Of a DNA stretch of 64,000 bases, positions 27,280-36,553 are shown in pieces. Origin of the DNA: an uncultured Gammaproteobacteria bacterium (GTDB lineage Bacteria > Patescibacteriota > Microgenomatia > UBA8517). Positions within the stretch are counted from its first letter, which is position 1; each line of letters opens with the position of its first letter. Location of the stretch: contig CAZOVJ010000002.1 in NCBI GenBank assembly GCA_964583685.1, positions 45,055-109,054 on the forward strand. The letters run 5' to 3'. The notes under the pieces were generated by a model. It searched no databases. It was not told the origin of the DNA and saw only the letters and a program-made list of their open reading frames with translations. A program made the position numbers and the translations under genes.

Positions 27280-28074
27280 ATGGATAGCACAAAAGATTTC
27301 ATCTCAAAATACATCAAAAATTCTCTAATGATGCTTAGTGACGTGAACTCGTTTATTTTTTTAAGATCAAAAACCGGGCTACCAATCTTAAAAGAATATA
27401 AATTGGGCGGTGGGAATCACCTTTCTCTAATAGGACAATTTGCAATATTGAATTTTATTTCAAAGATTCACTTAGTGCTTAACATAGGTAGAGAGGCTTA
27501 TGTTGGATCCGAGAAAGTTATTAAAATTAAAGGGATCAAGAAAAGCGCTCCATCAGAAATAAAGAAATATGTGCGAGTGCCCAAAATAGGCGAAATAAAC
27601 GAAAAGCAAGCATTTGTGCTTCTTGTTATAAAATATCCGAAAGACATTGGCATACCCAAAATAAAAGATAAAATTGAAAAGATATGGGATGATATCCGAA
27701 ATAAAATCAGCCACCTTGCCACCATAGAAGTAGACAATATTGCAGTGACCTTGCACTATCCCACAATAGAATATCGCCAAATTTTCGAGGAAGCCAAAGA
27801 ATGGACCTTAGCTAAGCCTTTTGTTGTTATCAGTCCGGCTAATAGAGAAAAACACAAAGCTAAAATAAAAAGAGAGGATCCAGATTTGGAAAAGCCACTA
27901 TCAAAAATTATGTGGAATGCAGCCAGTGATATTGTGATTGTAGATTTTTTAAATATCGCCATACAAGAAATTTCCGATTGGATAATTGAAAATATAAATA
28001 AAGGTGTTTATCGCGAAGATAATATATCTGAAACAAAAGAATGGATAAAAATTAACTTTAGGTCAAAGGGTTAA
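27280..28074 (+). CDS. Hypothetical protein with HEPN-like RNxxxH motif
   Basis: IRNKISH in a helical, low-GC ORF; likely start MDSTK. Confidence 0.55.
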   Translation: MDSTKDFISKYIKNSLMMLSDVNSFIFLRSKTGLPILKEYKLGGGNHLSLIGQFAILNFISKIHLVLNIGREAYVGSEKVIKIKGIKKSAPSEIKKYVRVPKIGEINEKQAFVLLVIKYPKDIGIPKIKDKIEKIWDDIRNKISHLATIEVDNIAVTLHYPTIEYRQIFEEAKEWTLAKPFVVISPANREKHKAKIKREDPDLEKPLSKIMWNAASDIVIVDFLNIAIQEISDWIIENINKGVYREDNISETKEWIKINFRSKG

Positions 28075-28089
28075 TAAAATATATCAGTT

Positions 28090-28560
28090 ATGAGATTGCA
28101 AATATTAGATAAATTAACAGTTGAGTTGAAAAAAGAAATTAAAAGTGAAATTCAAGTTGTTTTTATCTTGTCGAAAATTAGAAAATTATTGGAGTGGGAG
28201 AATGCAAAGGGCAGATATAAGATCCTAAACTTTTATTGCAATTGGGTACTTCACAATAAAATCGACAGGACAGAGCCAGTTGGAAAAATCTTAAGAGATT
28301 TTATTGTTAATAAAGCAGATCGGTATAAACTAGTTTTTCATGAAGAATTTAAAAAAGAATTTAGAAGATTTCTGAAAGATTACAATCTTCCCGTTTTGAG
28401 CCCGATTTCGATGGAAAAATTTAAAAACGAACTAAATAAGGCACTATCAGAGACTCCAGTCGAAATAGTTATAGGAACTCGTTACAGAATCAAACTTGGC
28501 GACCCTGAAGCTGCGAATTTGAATTATGTAATTGTTCCATTGAAGGAACCCAAGACCTAA
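28090..28560 (+). CDS. Hypothetical protein (homolog of 16094-16657)
   Basis: ELKKEIKSEIQVVFILSKIRK...NFYCNWVLH. Confidence 0.65.
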   Translation: MRLQILDKLTVELKKEIKSEIQVVFILSKIRKLLEWENAKGRYKILNFYCNWVLHNKIDRTEPVGKILRDFIVNKADRYKLVFHEEFKKEFRRFLKDYNLPVLSPISMEKFKNELNKALSETPVEIVIGTRYRIKLGDPEAANLNYVIVPLKEPKT

Positions 28561-28571
28561 AGATCCTTTTA

Positions 28572-28619
28572 GCGGGTTCGGGTTATGGGCTCATAAGGGT
28601 CCTGACCTGTAAGCTCAGC
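28572..28619 (+). repeat. Array site core hairpin
   Basis: gcgggttcgggttatgggctcataagggtcctgacctgtaagctcagc. Confidence 0.8.
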
Positions 28620-28669
28620 AAATATTTCAACTTGGATTCGAACTCTTACTCCATTAAAATATAATAAAT

Positions 28670-29239
28670 ATGAGAAACTCTCCTCCAATAGTTATTCTGT
28701 TTAATGGTCCTCCTGGAGTTGGCAAATCCACTATAGCGAAAGAATTAGCAAAAAAGTCAAGATACGGTGCTTTCACTGATGTTGATAGTTTGAGACACCA
28801 TATATTTGGTGGAGTCGTTAGTGCAAGAAACCAGAAAAAAGACACTAATGAGTTTGAAAGACAAAGACTACTTGCAGCCGATAATGTATCGTGCATGGCA
28901 AATAACTATGTTAGATATGGATTTAACTATTTTATTTCTGACTTGGTTAAGATACCTTCAGTCATTAAGAGGTATAGAAATCATTTTAAAGATATTAATT
29001 TCTATCATGTAATTTTGAGGGCCGACATAGAAGAATTAGAAAAACGTGATGCTTCAAGAACTGGTCTGAAATTGCACGGAAAAGAAGTGATAGAAAAAAT
29101 AAATAAAGAAATGCGTGAGCTCGACTATAGTGACTGTGTAACCATCGACACAACAAACAAAAGTGTTCAAGCAACGGTCAACCTCGTTCTCGAAAAGTTA
29201 GGACTTAATTTTAAAGACGGACAGTTTTACTCTAAGTAA
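28670..29239 (+). CDS. P-loop nucleotide kinase (AAA_33-like)
   Basis: GPPGVGKST Walker A; R...R lid; IDTT. Confidence 0.85.
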   Translation: MRNSPPIVILFNGPPGVGKSTIAKELAKKSRYGAFTDVDSLRHHIFGGVVSARNQKKDTNEFERQRLLAADNVSCMANNYVRYGFNYFISDLVKIPSVIKRYRNHFKDINFYHVILRADIEELEKRDASRTGLKLHGKEVIEKINKEMRELDYSDCVTIDTTNKSVQATVNLVLEKLGLNFKDGQFYSK

Positions 29240-29297
29240 TAAAACTACGATATTAGGTCAAATTGAGGATTAACACAGGTTTGCTTGTTGTAAAATA

Positions 29298-29344
29298 GGT
29301 TCGAAGTCTGCCCCCTCCTTAGGCGGGCAGACATGGTTCGCAGC
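29298..29344 (+). repeat. Variant site GGTTCGAA-[GTCTGCCC..GGGCAGAC hairpin]-..GTTCGCAGC
   Basis: Similar copy at 36031-36077; hairpin-less version at 32278-32305. Confidence 0.75.
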
Positions 29345-29358
29345 CTAAACTAAAATAA

Positions 29359-29766
29359 ATGAAGAGAATTTTACATAAACTTGGCTTGAGTCCGGATAAC
29401 TCTATCGTTATCGGCTCGGGTATTCTTGAAGCGCTTGGGATACGGAAAAGTAAAGATATAGATATCGTCGTGAATCAAGAGGCTTATGACTCTTTGAGAA
29501 AATCTGGACAGTTTAATGTCACAGAAAACCACGGCCGCGAAATCCTCCATGATGATAAATTTGAGATTGGAACAAGTTGGACTGTATTGGGCAAAACTTA
29601 CAGATTTAAGGATTTTATTGACGAATCAATAATTGTCGATGGTGTCAGATACATAACAATCAACTTTCTATACAGAGCAAAGAAGAGCTGGATTCGTAGA
29701 AAAAACGCTCGTCAGAAAGATATAGAAGACGTAAAGTTAATTGAGGCGTACCTGAGCAAATTATGA
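29359..29766 (+). CDS. Nucleotidyltransferase-fold hypothetical protein
   Basis: IGSG...KDIDIVV and R.KD..D pattern. Confidence 0.6.
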   Translation: MKRILHKLGLSPDNSIVIGSGILEALGIRKSKDIDIVVNQEAYDSLRKSGQFNVTENHGREILHDDKFEIGTSWTVLGKTYRFKDFIDESIIVDGVRYITINFLYRAKKSWIRRKNARQKDIEDVKLIEAYLSKL

Positions 29767-29871
29767 GAACCAGAAGGGTCTAGACCGTCCTGCTCAATTA
29801 GCTCGGATTAGGAACCCCAGGTTCGATGTCCAGATATGGGACTGGAAGGGCCCAGACCGACAAGCTCAGCC
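29761..29871 (+). repeat. Two tandem array sites (72-bp unit)
   Basis: 29792-29861 identical to 27150-27219 and 33390-33459. Confidence 0.9.
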
Positions 29872-29884
29872 AGCATAAACATAA

Positions 29885-30616
29885 ATGAATATCTCACAGC
29901 AAGTCAATACCATTGGTAACGCGTTTATGGACAGCCTCAAAAAAATCTTGGGTAAAAAACTGTATGGAGTATATATTTACGGAGCCGCAGCTTTCCCAGA
30001 TAAATTACCTACGGGAGATATCGACTTCCATGTCATTTTAACAAGAAGTCTTACAGAAAACGAAAAACTGCAGCTGGAAAAGCTTCACGAGTCTATTGCC
30101 CAAAGATTTCCGCCGCTTGGAGGAGAGCTCGATGGTTATTACATCCTCTTAAAAGATACTGTTAAGAAGGTCCCACCCAAAAGTCAAATGTGGAAACGAG
30201 CAACTGATACTTCATGGGCCCTACATCGTGAGCATATTTTAGCGGGCAGGTGTATTGTTTTTTACGGACCTGATCCAAAAGAGATATACCAGCCTGCCGA
30301 GTGGTCAGAGATTGAAACTGCACTATATGGCGAGTTGGACTTTGTTGAAAAAAATCTTCAAAATTACCCGGATTATTGCATTCTTAACCTCTGTCGCTTG
30401 ATTTATAGCTTTGAGACAAAAGACGTTGTTATTTCAAAAGACAAAGCATCTGAGTGGGCCATTAAAGCCCTACCTCAATGGAAAGAACTTATTAAACTCG
30501 CAAGAAAGTCATACGAACACCGGGCATCGCAGAAAGACAAAGAGTTCATGAGTTCTGAGGTTGGAAAATTTCTTGAATTTGCGAAAAAGCGCGTTCAATC
30601 TCAAACGAAAGAATAA
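29885..30616 (+). CDS. Aminoglycoside nucleotidyltransferase-like (NTase plus DUF4111)
   Basis: GVYIYGAA...GDIDF; Y.ILNLCR...ISK..A..WA. Confidence 0.75.
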   Translation: MNISQQVNTIGNAFMDSLKKILGKKLYGVYIYGAAAFPDKLPTGDIDFHVILTRSLTENEKLQLEKLHESIAQRFPPLGGELDGYYILLKDTVKKVPPKSQMWKRATDTSWALHREHILAGRCIVFYGPDPKEIYQPAEWSEIETALYGELDFVEKNLQNYPDYCILNLCRLIYSFETKDVVISKDKASEWAIKALPQWKELIKLARKSYEHRASQKDKEFMSSEVGKFLEFAKKRVQSQTKE

Positions 30617-30624
30617 AATTGTAT

Positions 30625-30658
30625 ATAGGCCTAAAAGTTCTAGACCGATCTGGTCAGC
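30625..30658 (+). repeat. Array site core
   Basis: ataggcctaaaagttctagaccgatctggtcagc. Confidence 0.7.
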
Positions 30659-30678
30659 AAAACAAAGTCTTTTTAAAT

Positions 30679-31428
30679 TTAGGCCTCAATTCTAGAAAAA
30701 AGATAGCTTCCAATTAATAACAAAATAATCCCAACAATACTTAACACCGAGACATCTGTTGTTAACCCAAAATGAGTGGTGCCTACCAAAACCTGCCTAA
30801 GGCCATCGACTCCGTAAGTTAATGGGTTGATATAGGAAACAACTTGGATTAGTCTGGGAACATTATTTAGCGGGAAAATGGCTCCCGATAAGAAAAAGGT
30901 AGGCATAACCAAAAAATTCATAATTAGCTGGAAGCCATGAAAATCTTTCATTAAGGAAGCAATTGCTGTTCCTAAAGCGCTGAATAGAAGGGCAACTAAA
31001 AACATCAAGCAAACTGCGAGAGGAATTATGGTAAGACTTTTAGGCTTAAATCCCACTAATAAAGTCAAGAGGAGGACTATAAGGCCCTGAAAAGTGGCAA
31101 CTGTTGCCCCGCCGAGTACTCTACCTAGAACAACCTCCAATCTTGAGACAGGGGCGACTAAGGTTGCTTTTAGAAAACCAAATTGTCTGTCCCAAATAAG
31201 TTCTATTCCCGAAAAGACAGCCATAAATAAGATTGCCTGACTTATAACACCAGGGGTTAGGAAGTTAATATAATTGCCACCACCGGCTTTTTCAAACACT
31301 GGCCCCAAACCAAAACCCAAAGCCACCAAAAACAAAAGCGGTTGGCCGATAGAGCCGATAATTCGAGATTTTGACCGCCAATATCTCTTAATCTGCCTCA
31401 ACCACATAATGTAAATAATATTAATCAT
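30679..31428 (-). CDS. ABC-2 type transporter permease
   Basis: DRQFG.LK..LVAPVSR, FLSGA.FP, NPLTY. Confidence 0.9.
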   Translation of the reverse strand: MINIIYIMWLRQIKRYWRSKSRIIGSIGQPLLFLVALGFGLGPVFEKAGGGNYINFLTPGVISQAILFMAVFSGIELIWDRQFGFLKATLVAPVSRLEVVLGRVLGGATVATFQGLIVLLLTLLVGFKPKSLTIIPLAVCLMFLVALLFSALGTAIASLMKDFHGFQLIMNFLVMPTFFLSGAIFPLNNVPRLIQVVSYINPLTYGVDGLRQVLVGTTHFGLTTDVSVLSIVGIILLLIGSYLFSRIEA

Positions 31429-32243
31429 CTTTGTCTTCTCCTAAATCTATTCATTCTTAGTCTCGCTCTATCTTGTATACCAGCATTCTCTTCTCTAATA
31501 GTTTTACCGGTTAAAGCCAAGTAGGCGGATTCTAAAGTTTTAGTTTTGGTTTCTTTTTTGAGAGATTCCGTTCTTCCTTGGGCAATAATCTTGCCGTGAT
31601 CGATAATAGCGATAGTTTTGGCCATTTTTTCTGCCTCTTCCATATAATGGGTAGTAAAGAAAATAGTTGTTTGATATTTTTTGTTCAACTGTTTTATATG
31701 GTCCCAAATTTTATGTCTGGTTTGGGGGTCAAGTCCCAAAGTTGGCTCGTCTAGAAAAAGTAGTTTTGGATGATGGAGTAAGCCTCTGGCAATCTCGAGC
31801 CTTCTTCTCATCCCCCCAGAATAAGTTTTAACTAAATTATTCTTCCGGTTCCACAAATCAACAATTTCCAAGAGATCCTGGATTCTTTTTTTTCTTGTTT
31901 TTTTAGGAATTTTATACAGGACGCCATGGAATTCCATATTTTCATAAGCAGTCAACTCATCGTCTAAACTAGAATCTTGGAAAACAATTCCGAAGGACTT
32001 TCTCACCTCGTCTTGCTGGCTTAACGGGTCAAAACCGTTGACTAGCATCTGTCCTTCTGTTGACCTCAAAAGGGTAGTCAACATTCTGATAGTAGTTGTT
32101 TTACCAGCGCCATTGGGTCCAAGAAAGGCAAATATATCTCCTTTTTTTACTTCAAAAGAAATATTGTCAACGGCAACAAGACTATTGAACCTCCTGGTTA
32201 AGCTGTTAACCTTAATGATTGGCTGTTGTTTTTTATCAGACAT
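31425..32243 (-). CDS. ABC transporter ATP-binding protein (DrrA-like)
   Basis: GPNGAGKTT, YSGGM, LDEPT; likely start MSDKK. Confidence 0.9.
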   Translation of the reverse strand: MSDKKQQPIIKVNSLTRRFNSLVAVDNISFEVKKGDIFAFLGPNGAGKTTTIRMLTTLLRSTEGQMLVNGFDPLSQQDEVRKSFGIVFQDSSLDDELTAYENMEFHGVLYKIPKKTRKKRIQDLLEIVDLWNRKNNLVKTYSGGMRRRLEIARGLLHHPKLLFLDEPTLGLDPQTRHKIWDHIKQLNKKYQTTIFFTTHYMEEAEKMAKTIAIIDHGKIIAQGRTESLKKETKTKTLESAYLALTGKTIREENAGIQDRARLRMNRFRRRQR

Positions 32244-32277
32244 ATTTTCTATAGAGAACGTTATAATTATAGAAGCA

Positions 32278-32305
32278 GGTTCTAGCTTTGTCCACAGTTC
32301 GCAGC
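32278..32305 (+). repeat. Variant site without hairpin insert
   Basis: ggttctagctttgtccacagttcgcagc. Confidence 0.5.
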
Positions 32306-32364
32306 AAAGAAATTTGGCCTTGAAAATTATCATCTAACTAGGCTGTTCGAACCCTCAGGATGTT

Positions 32365-33147
32365 ATGAAAAATTTAAGAAAATATGGAAAAGCCCCTTAC
32401 AACATTGTTGTTGTTCATGGAGGTCCTGGTGCACTTGGAGAAATGGCCCCTGTAGCTAGACATCTATCAAAGAAACAAGGAGTATTGGAACCGCTTCAAA
32501 CAAGGAATTCTATTAAAGAACAAGTTCTAGAACTCAAAACCATCATTGAAAAAAATGCCCAATTGCCAGTTACGCTTATTGGTTGGTCATGGGGTGCTTG
32601 GTTAAGTCTTATACTAACAGCAAAATATCCAAAATTAGTAAAGAAATTAATTCTCGTTAGCAGTGGTCCATTTGAGGTCAAATATGCAAAGCGGATAATG
32701 AATACTAGAATGAGCAGGCTTACAGAAGAAAAAAGAAAAAAGCTAAATTCTTTATTCGCCAATTTAGAAGATTTAAAAAAGAATGAGCAAAAATCTGCAT
32801 TTGATGAAATTGGAAGACTAATAAACAAAGCTGACTCTTTTAGTCTTATTCCCTATAAGAATGAAGTAATAAAAACACAGCCAGAAATTTATGAAAGAGT
32901 ATGGAGTGAGGCAAGTAAATTACGAAAAAATGGTAGTTTACTTGGGCTGGGAAAAAATATTCGCTGTTCAGTAGTAGCCATTCACGGAGATTTTGACCCG
33001 CATCCTGCAGAAGGGGTTGAGCTACCCTTGAAAAAAGTAATAAAAAACTTCCGATTTATTTTGCTGAATAAATGCGGACACCATCCTTGGTATGAAAGGT
33101 ATACGAAAGACGAATTTTATAGCCTTTTAATAAAAGAGGTGTCCTGA
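32365..33147 (+). CDS. Alpha/beta hydrolase
   Basis: HGGPG, GWSWG nucleophile elbow, HGDFD, CGH. Confidence 0.85.
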   Translation: MKNLRKYGKAPYNIVVVHGGPGALGEMAPVARHLSKKQGVLEPLQTRNSIKEQVLELKTIIEKNAQLPVTLIGWSWGAWLSLILTAKYPKLVKKLILVSSGPFEVKYAKRIMNTRMSRLTEEKRKKLNSLFANLEDLKKNEQKSAFDEIGRLINKADSFSLIPYKNEVIKTQPEIYERVWSEASKLRKNGSLLGLGKNIRCSVVAIHGDFDPHPAEGVELPLKKVIKNFRFILLNKCGHHPWYERYTKDEFYSLLIKEVS

Positions 33148-33236
33148 ATTAAAAACTATAATTAAAGGCAGGAATTTCAATAAAATTTGAAATAAAATAG
33201 GTTCGATCAAAAAATAGCCCAAGTCAAGAAAAAAAG

Positions 33237-33356
33237 GGGCAGGCCGTGTGTGTAGTTATTGGTAGCGCTAGTGGATATAAAGAAGCGGTCGGTCAATGGT
33301 TTCCGCCCGAGCCTGATACGAAGGATGTTGAAGTAAAATGCGGTGTTCTAGAGTAA
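33237..33356 (+). pseudogene. Probable 3' gene remnant
   Basis: Open frame GQAVCVVIGSASGYKEAVGQWFPPEPDTKDVEVKCGVLE* with no evident ATG/RBS, ending just before an array site. Confidence 0.3.
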
Positions 33357-33359
33357 TTT

Positions 33360-33467
33360 TATAAGGATAGAAAGGGACTAGACCGGGAAGCTCAATTAGC
33401 TCGGATTAGGAACCCCAGGTTCGATGTCCAGATATGGGACTGGAAGGGCCCAGACCGACAAGCTCAG
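33360..33467 (+). repeat. Two tandem array sites (72-bp unit)
   Basis: Third identical 70-bp copy at 33390-33459. Confidence 0.9.
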
Positions 33468-33494
33468 TCAGTTACAAAACAGATTCCATAAATA

Positions 33495-33932
33495 ATGAAT
33501 AAAAAAATTGCTGTTTTAATATTTATTGACCATGAAGGAAACTTACTCCTTCAGGAAAGGGGTAATTATTCAAAGGCGGGAGAAAAGCATGGCTATTTTG
33601 GGGGAAACATTGAAAATGGAGAAAAACCCAAAGACGCATTAATAAGGGAGTTGAAAGAAGAATTGGGCTATATTCCTGATAATATTAAGTTCTGGAAAAA
33701 AGTTGATTTTTTGTGCACAGCAGAAGGAAAGTATAATAATTTCGGAGTTACTATTTATATATTTATTAGCCCTTTAACCAAAAAATTGGAGGATATTAAA
33801 GTATATGAGGGTGAAGACAAGATAATGACTACTCTTGACGAAGAGTTAAAAAGTCATAATATCATTGGTGGATACGAAATTGTTCTCAAGGAAATAAAAA
33901 ACCATTTTGCTGAGGTGTTGAAGTTGCTTTAA
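33495..33932 (+). CDS. NUDIX hydrolase
   Basis: FGGNIENGE...ALIRELKEELG. Confidence 0.85.
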   Translation: MNKKIAVLIFIDHEGNLLLQERGNYSKAGEKHGYFGGNIENGEKPKDALIRELKEELGYIPDNIKFWKKVDFLCTAEGKYNNFGVTIYIFISPLTKKLEDIKVYEGEDKIMTTLDEELKSHNIIGGYEIVLKEIKNHFAEVLKLL

Positions 33933-33955
33933 AGTTATAGGCAATACAGATAACG

Positions 33956-33975
33956 AGGTTCTAGACTAACCTGCT
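33956..33975 (+). repeat. Degenerate array site core
   Basis: aggttctagactaacctgct. Confidence 0.6.
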
Positions 33976-34019
33976 ACCAATCGTTGTGTCTCCATCAGAT
34001 ATAATTAATTTTTCCTTTC

Positions 34020-34298
34020 TTATTTCCTTATTCTTTTTATCTCTTTACTGCTGTATCCTGGACCCATCCACGTCATTATATCGATAGGAACACCATTTGT
34101 AACTACTTTGTCAGCGCAATGATCGCAAAATGGCAATCTATCTCCACAACAAACTACCGTACAACCCTGCCTTACTTCGTTTAAAGGCAATCCGTTCCTC
34201 GAACACCTCCACTGATTATCTAAAATTATGGGGTGATTTACATCAATGGCACCTGGAATCTCTCCCTCTCCACCAAGATTTATAACTATCTCTTTCAT
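34020..34298 (-). CDS. Small protein with methyltransferase-like motifs
   Basis: INLGGEGE...ID, GDRLPF.D..AD. Confidence 0.5.
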   Translation of the reverse strand: MKEIVINLGGEGEIPGAIDVNHPIILDNQWRCSRNGLPLNEVRQGCTVVCCGDRLPFCDHCADKVVTNGVPIDIMTWMGPGYSSKEIKRIRK

Positions 34299-34423
34299 TG
34301 CGGCAATTATATCCTATAGATTTAATGATAACAAGCACTTTATTCTAGAATCTTGTTTAATTTGCCGTTTTTACCTTATAGTAGTTTTAAAGAGGAAGGA
34401 TTCCTTTTAAGTTAAAATGACAG

Positions 34424-34449
34424 AAGGGTTCCAGACCGACATGCTCAGC
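34424..34449 (+). repeat. Array site core
   Basis: aagggttccagaccgacatgctcagc. Confidence 0.75.
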
Positions 34450-34620
34450 TGAAATTCTAGCAATCGTTGACTGAGAGTGATATAATTTAGTTGTATGGAA
34501 GCAATCGCCAATCAATAAAGCGATTGCCTGGTAAGAGAATCTTGTTTCTTCGGAGCAGTAAAGATCTACAGACAGTCGCTTCATTTAGGCAGAGATGCTC
34601 CCTTAGAAGGGGTGAAAATA

Positions 34621-34860
34621 ATGTCAAATTATCACGTTACAAAAAACGACGATGGAAGTTGGAATGCCAAAAAGGCAGGTGCAGACAGGGTGTCTGGAAT
34701 TTACTCCACCCAAAGAAAGGCTGAGAAAGAGGCAAAGAGGTTTTCTGCAAGCTCTGGGGGCGGGGAGGTGAGAATTCATGGATTGGATGGGAAAATCAGA
34801 GATAGTGACACGGTAACACCAGGAAGAAACCCATTTCCACCAAGAGACAGGAAACATTAA
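34621..34860 (+). CDS. DUF2188 family protein
   Basis: HVT....W..K, TQ..A...A, GGEVRIHG.DGKIRD; GGGGTGA RBS. Confidence 0.85.
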   Translation: MSNYHVTKNDDGSWNAKKAGADRVSGIYSTQRKAEKEAKRFSASSGGGEVRIHGLDGKIRDSDTVTPGRNPFPPRDRKH

Positions 34861-34865
34861 CTACA

Positions 34866-35126
34866 ATGTTAACAAAAGAAAAAAGACAAAGTTTGTCTGA
34901 GGCAGAAAAACATGCTTCGACTGGTACTGCTCACAACAAACAACTTATTTCTATTCAGGCAGATACTATTCTGTCTGTTGATGATCTTGAGAGAGAAGTG
35001 ATTAAATTGAGAAAAACAATCGTTTTTCTCAATAGTGAAAACAACAATCTTCAGAAAAGATTGGCTTTGCTTACAATAGTGACGGTTTTTTTAACAATAG
35101 TGCAAGTAATCAAAATATTCGTTTAG
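34866..35126 (+). CDS. Small coiled-coil protein with C-terminal TM helix
   Basis: ORF track; hydrophobic tail. Confidence 0.5.
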   Translation: MLTKEKRQSLSEAEKHASTGTAHNKQLISIQADTILSVDDLEREVIKLRKTIVFLNSENNNLQKRLALLTIVTVFLTIVQVIKIFV

Positions 35127-35151
35127 TCTGGATAAACTCTTGTGATTACTG

Positions 35152-35203
35152 TCCAGGTTTGACTAGATATGGGATTGAACGGGTCTAGACCGGGGAGTTC
35201 AGC
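35152..35203 (+). repeat. Array site (partial 72-bp unit)
   Basis: ccaggtttgactagatatgggattgaacgggtctagaccggggagttcagc. Confidence 0.75.
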
Positions 35204-35216
35204 CCAGCAGCTCACT

Positions 35217-35890
35217 TCATCTTAGTTTGTCGGGTAAGGCTATTCGAAACGAAGAGACTTCCCAAGGTCTGTCTTTAAATGTTCCTGCCTTCTTGAACTC
35301 TTCAATGAAATCGAAATATTCGAAAAAACCCCAAGGGGCCTCGTGAAGTTGATTATCTGTCGTCAATACATAAGCTTTAATCAAATACTGGATTGGCAAC
35401 CATCCCCGTTGAAGTAGGGCAAGGGAAGTTTCCTCGTCAAAAGGCTCATTCCACATCTGGCGAAAAAATTTGAGGGGGGGTCTTTCACTTGAGCAACATA
35501 ACCTGTTAACGGTCTGAATGTTTCGGCGTCTTCAAGAAATCGTTCTTCAAAATCAGGGATAACTTCTTTTACTTGGTTCTTGAGAGCATTCCAGCCTTCT
35601 TGTGGGTTCTGAACAGAGAATAATCTTCCTTCACCAACAATAAACAAAGCGGCTCCAAATTTTGTTATTGTGAAGAGTTCTGGGCGTTCTTGATAGTCGT
35701 CTGCAGAATACGTACGTTCGTTGTCAATATATGATACTTGTCCTCCATGGAGAACTTCTTCCATAACCTCCATTTCTCTAAGAGCTTTATTCCCTTTTGG
35801 GCTAGAAAGGAAAGTATTGGCTTTTTCGTAGAGATGAAGAATTTCATGATTACTTAGCAGTTGTTCGCTGCCCGTCAGTAATTCCCTCAT
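35217..35890 (-). pseudogene. Hypothetical gene split by a frameshift
   Basis: Two overlapping ORFs (35381-35890, 35217-35456) joinable at the C7 run 35474-35480. Confidence 0.55.
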
Positions 35891-35989
35891 TTAGCCTCGC
35901 ATTCTACGCCTTAAACAATAATTAGTAAAGAGTATCATTCCCCTATATAGATACCTCTAGGAGTTATAAAAGTTATTTAAAATTGCAGA

Positions 35990-36077
35990 AAGGTTGGAAC
36001 AACGCAGGGCTCAGTATTTGTGATAAAAAAAGTTCGAAGTCTGTCCCCTCCATAGACGGGCAGGCACTGTTCGCAGC
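35990..36077 (+). repeat. Degenerate core (35990-36014) plus variant hairpin site (36031-36077)
   Basis: aaggttggaacaacgcagggctcag; agttcgaagtctgtcccctccatagacgggcaggcactgttcgcagc. Confidence 0.7.
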
Positions 36078-36087
36078 AAGCTAAAAA

Positions 36088-36366
36088 ATGGGCGTTAAAA
36101 AGAACTGGTCTGGTTACGTTACAAAGAATAGTATTGCCCTTGATTTAGAGGAAGGTGTTTTCACTTGGGATGATCCAGGGCAGATTGCTGCTTCTCTTAA
36201 ACAATCAGCGGAAAACAGCTCAAGACGCAGGGCCTCTCCTTTTCAATCAGCCATGTCAATGTTGAATTTTTATATCAACCGGGCAGGAAAAAGACTGCCG
36301 CCGGAGAGAAGAAAAACTTTGGAACAGGCAAAAGTCGAATTACGAAAACTTTTTCAAAAATATTGA
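36088..36366 (+). CDS. DUF3175 family protein
   Basis: WS..VT..S.ALDLE.GVF..DDP..IA.SLK.SA..S.RR...PFQSAMSMLNFYINRAG. Confidence 0.9.
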   Translation: MGVKKNWSGYVTKNSIALDLEEGVFTWDDPGQIAASLKQSAENSSRRRASPFQSAMSMLNFYINRAGKRLPPERRKTLEQAKVELRKLFQKY

Positions 36367-36408
36367 ACGGGTCTAAACCGACCTGCTCAGCTAGATTGGA
36401 AATCTTGG
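36361..36408 (+). repeat. Array site core overlapping the DUF3175 stop codon
   Basis: tattgaacgggtctaaaccgacctgctcagctagattggaaatcttgg. Confidence 0.8.
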
Positions 36409-36553
36409 AACTCCTCCAGCCTAAAATCCCGTGAGTTCGCATATTTCTTTCATTAAAGCCCAATAAGATGTATAATATTGCTTGTTGCCTGCTTTAGGAT
36501 TCTTCTTTTCTCCCTAAAGGAAATATTATTGTTTTATCTGTGAAAGTTATTTT

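Noticed and set aside
30679-32243. ABC exporter as part of the RiPP cluster
   Set aside because: It is ~6 kb away and separated by several array sites and unrelated genes, so it is a separate module.
34387-34584. Minus-strand ORFs containing AE(H/Q)VGL(E/D)P (also 36275-36463)
   Set aside because: The shared peptide is just the reverse complement of the repeat core.
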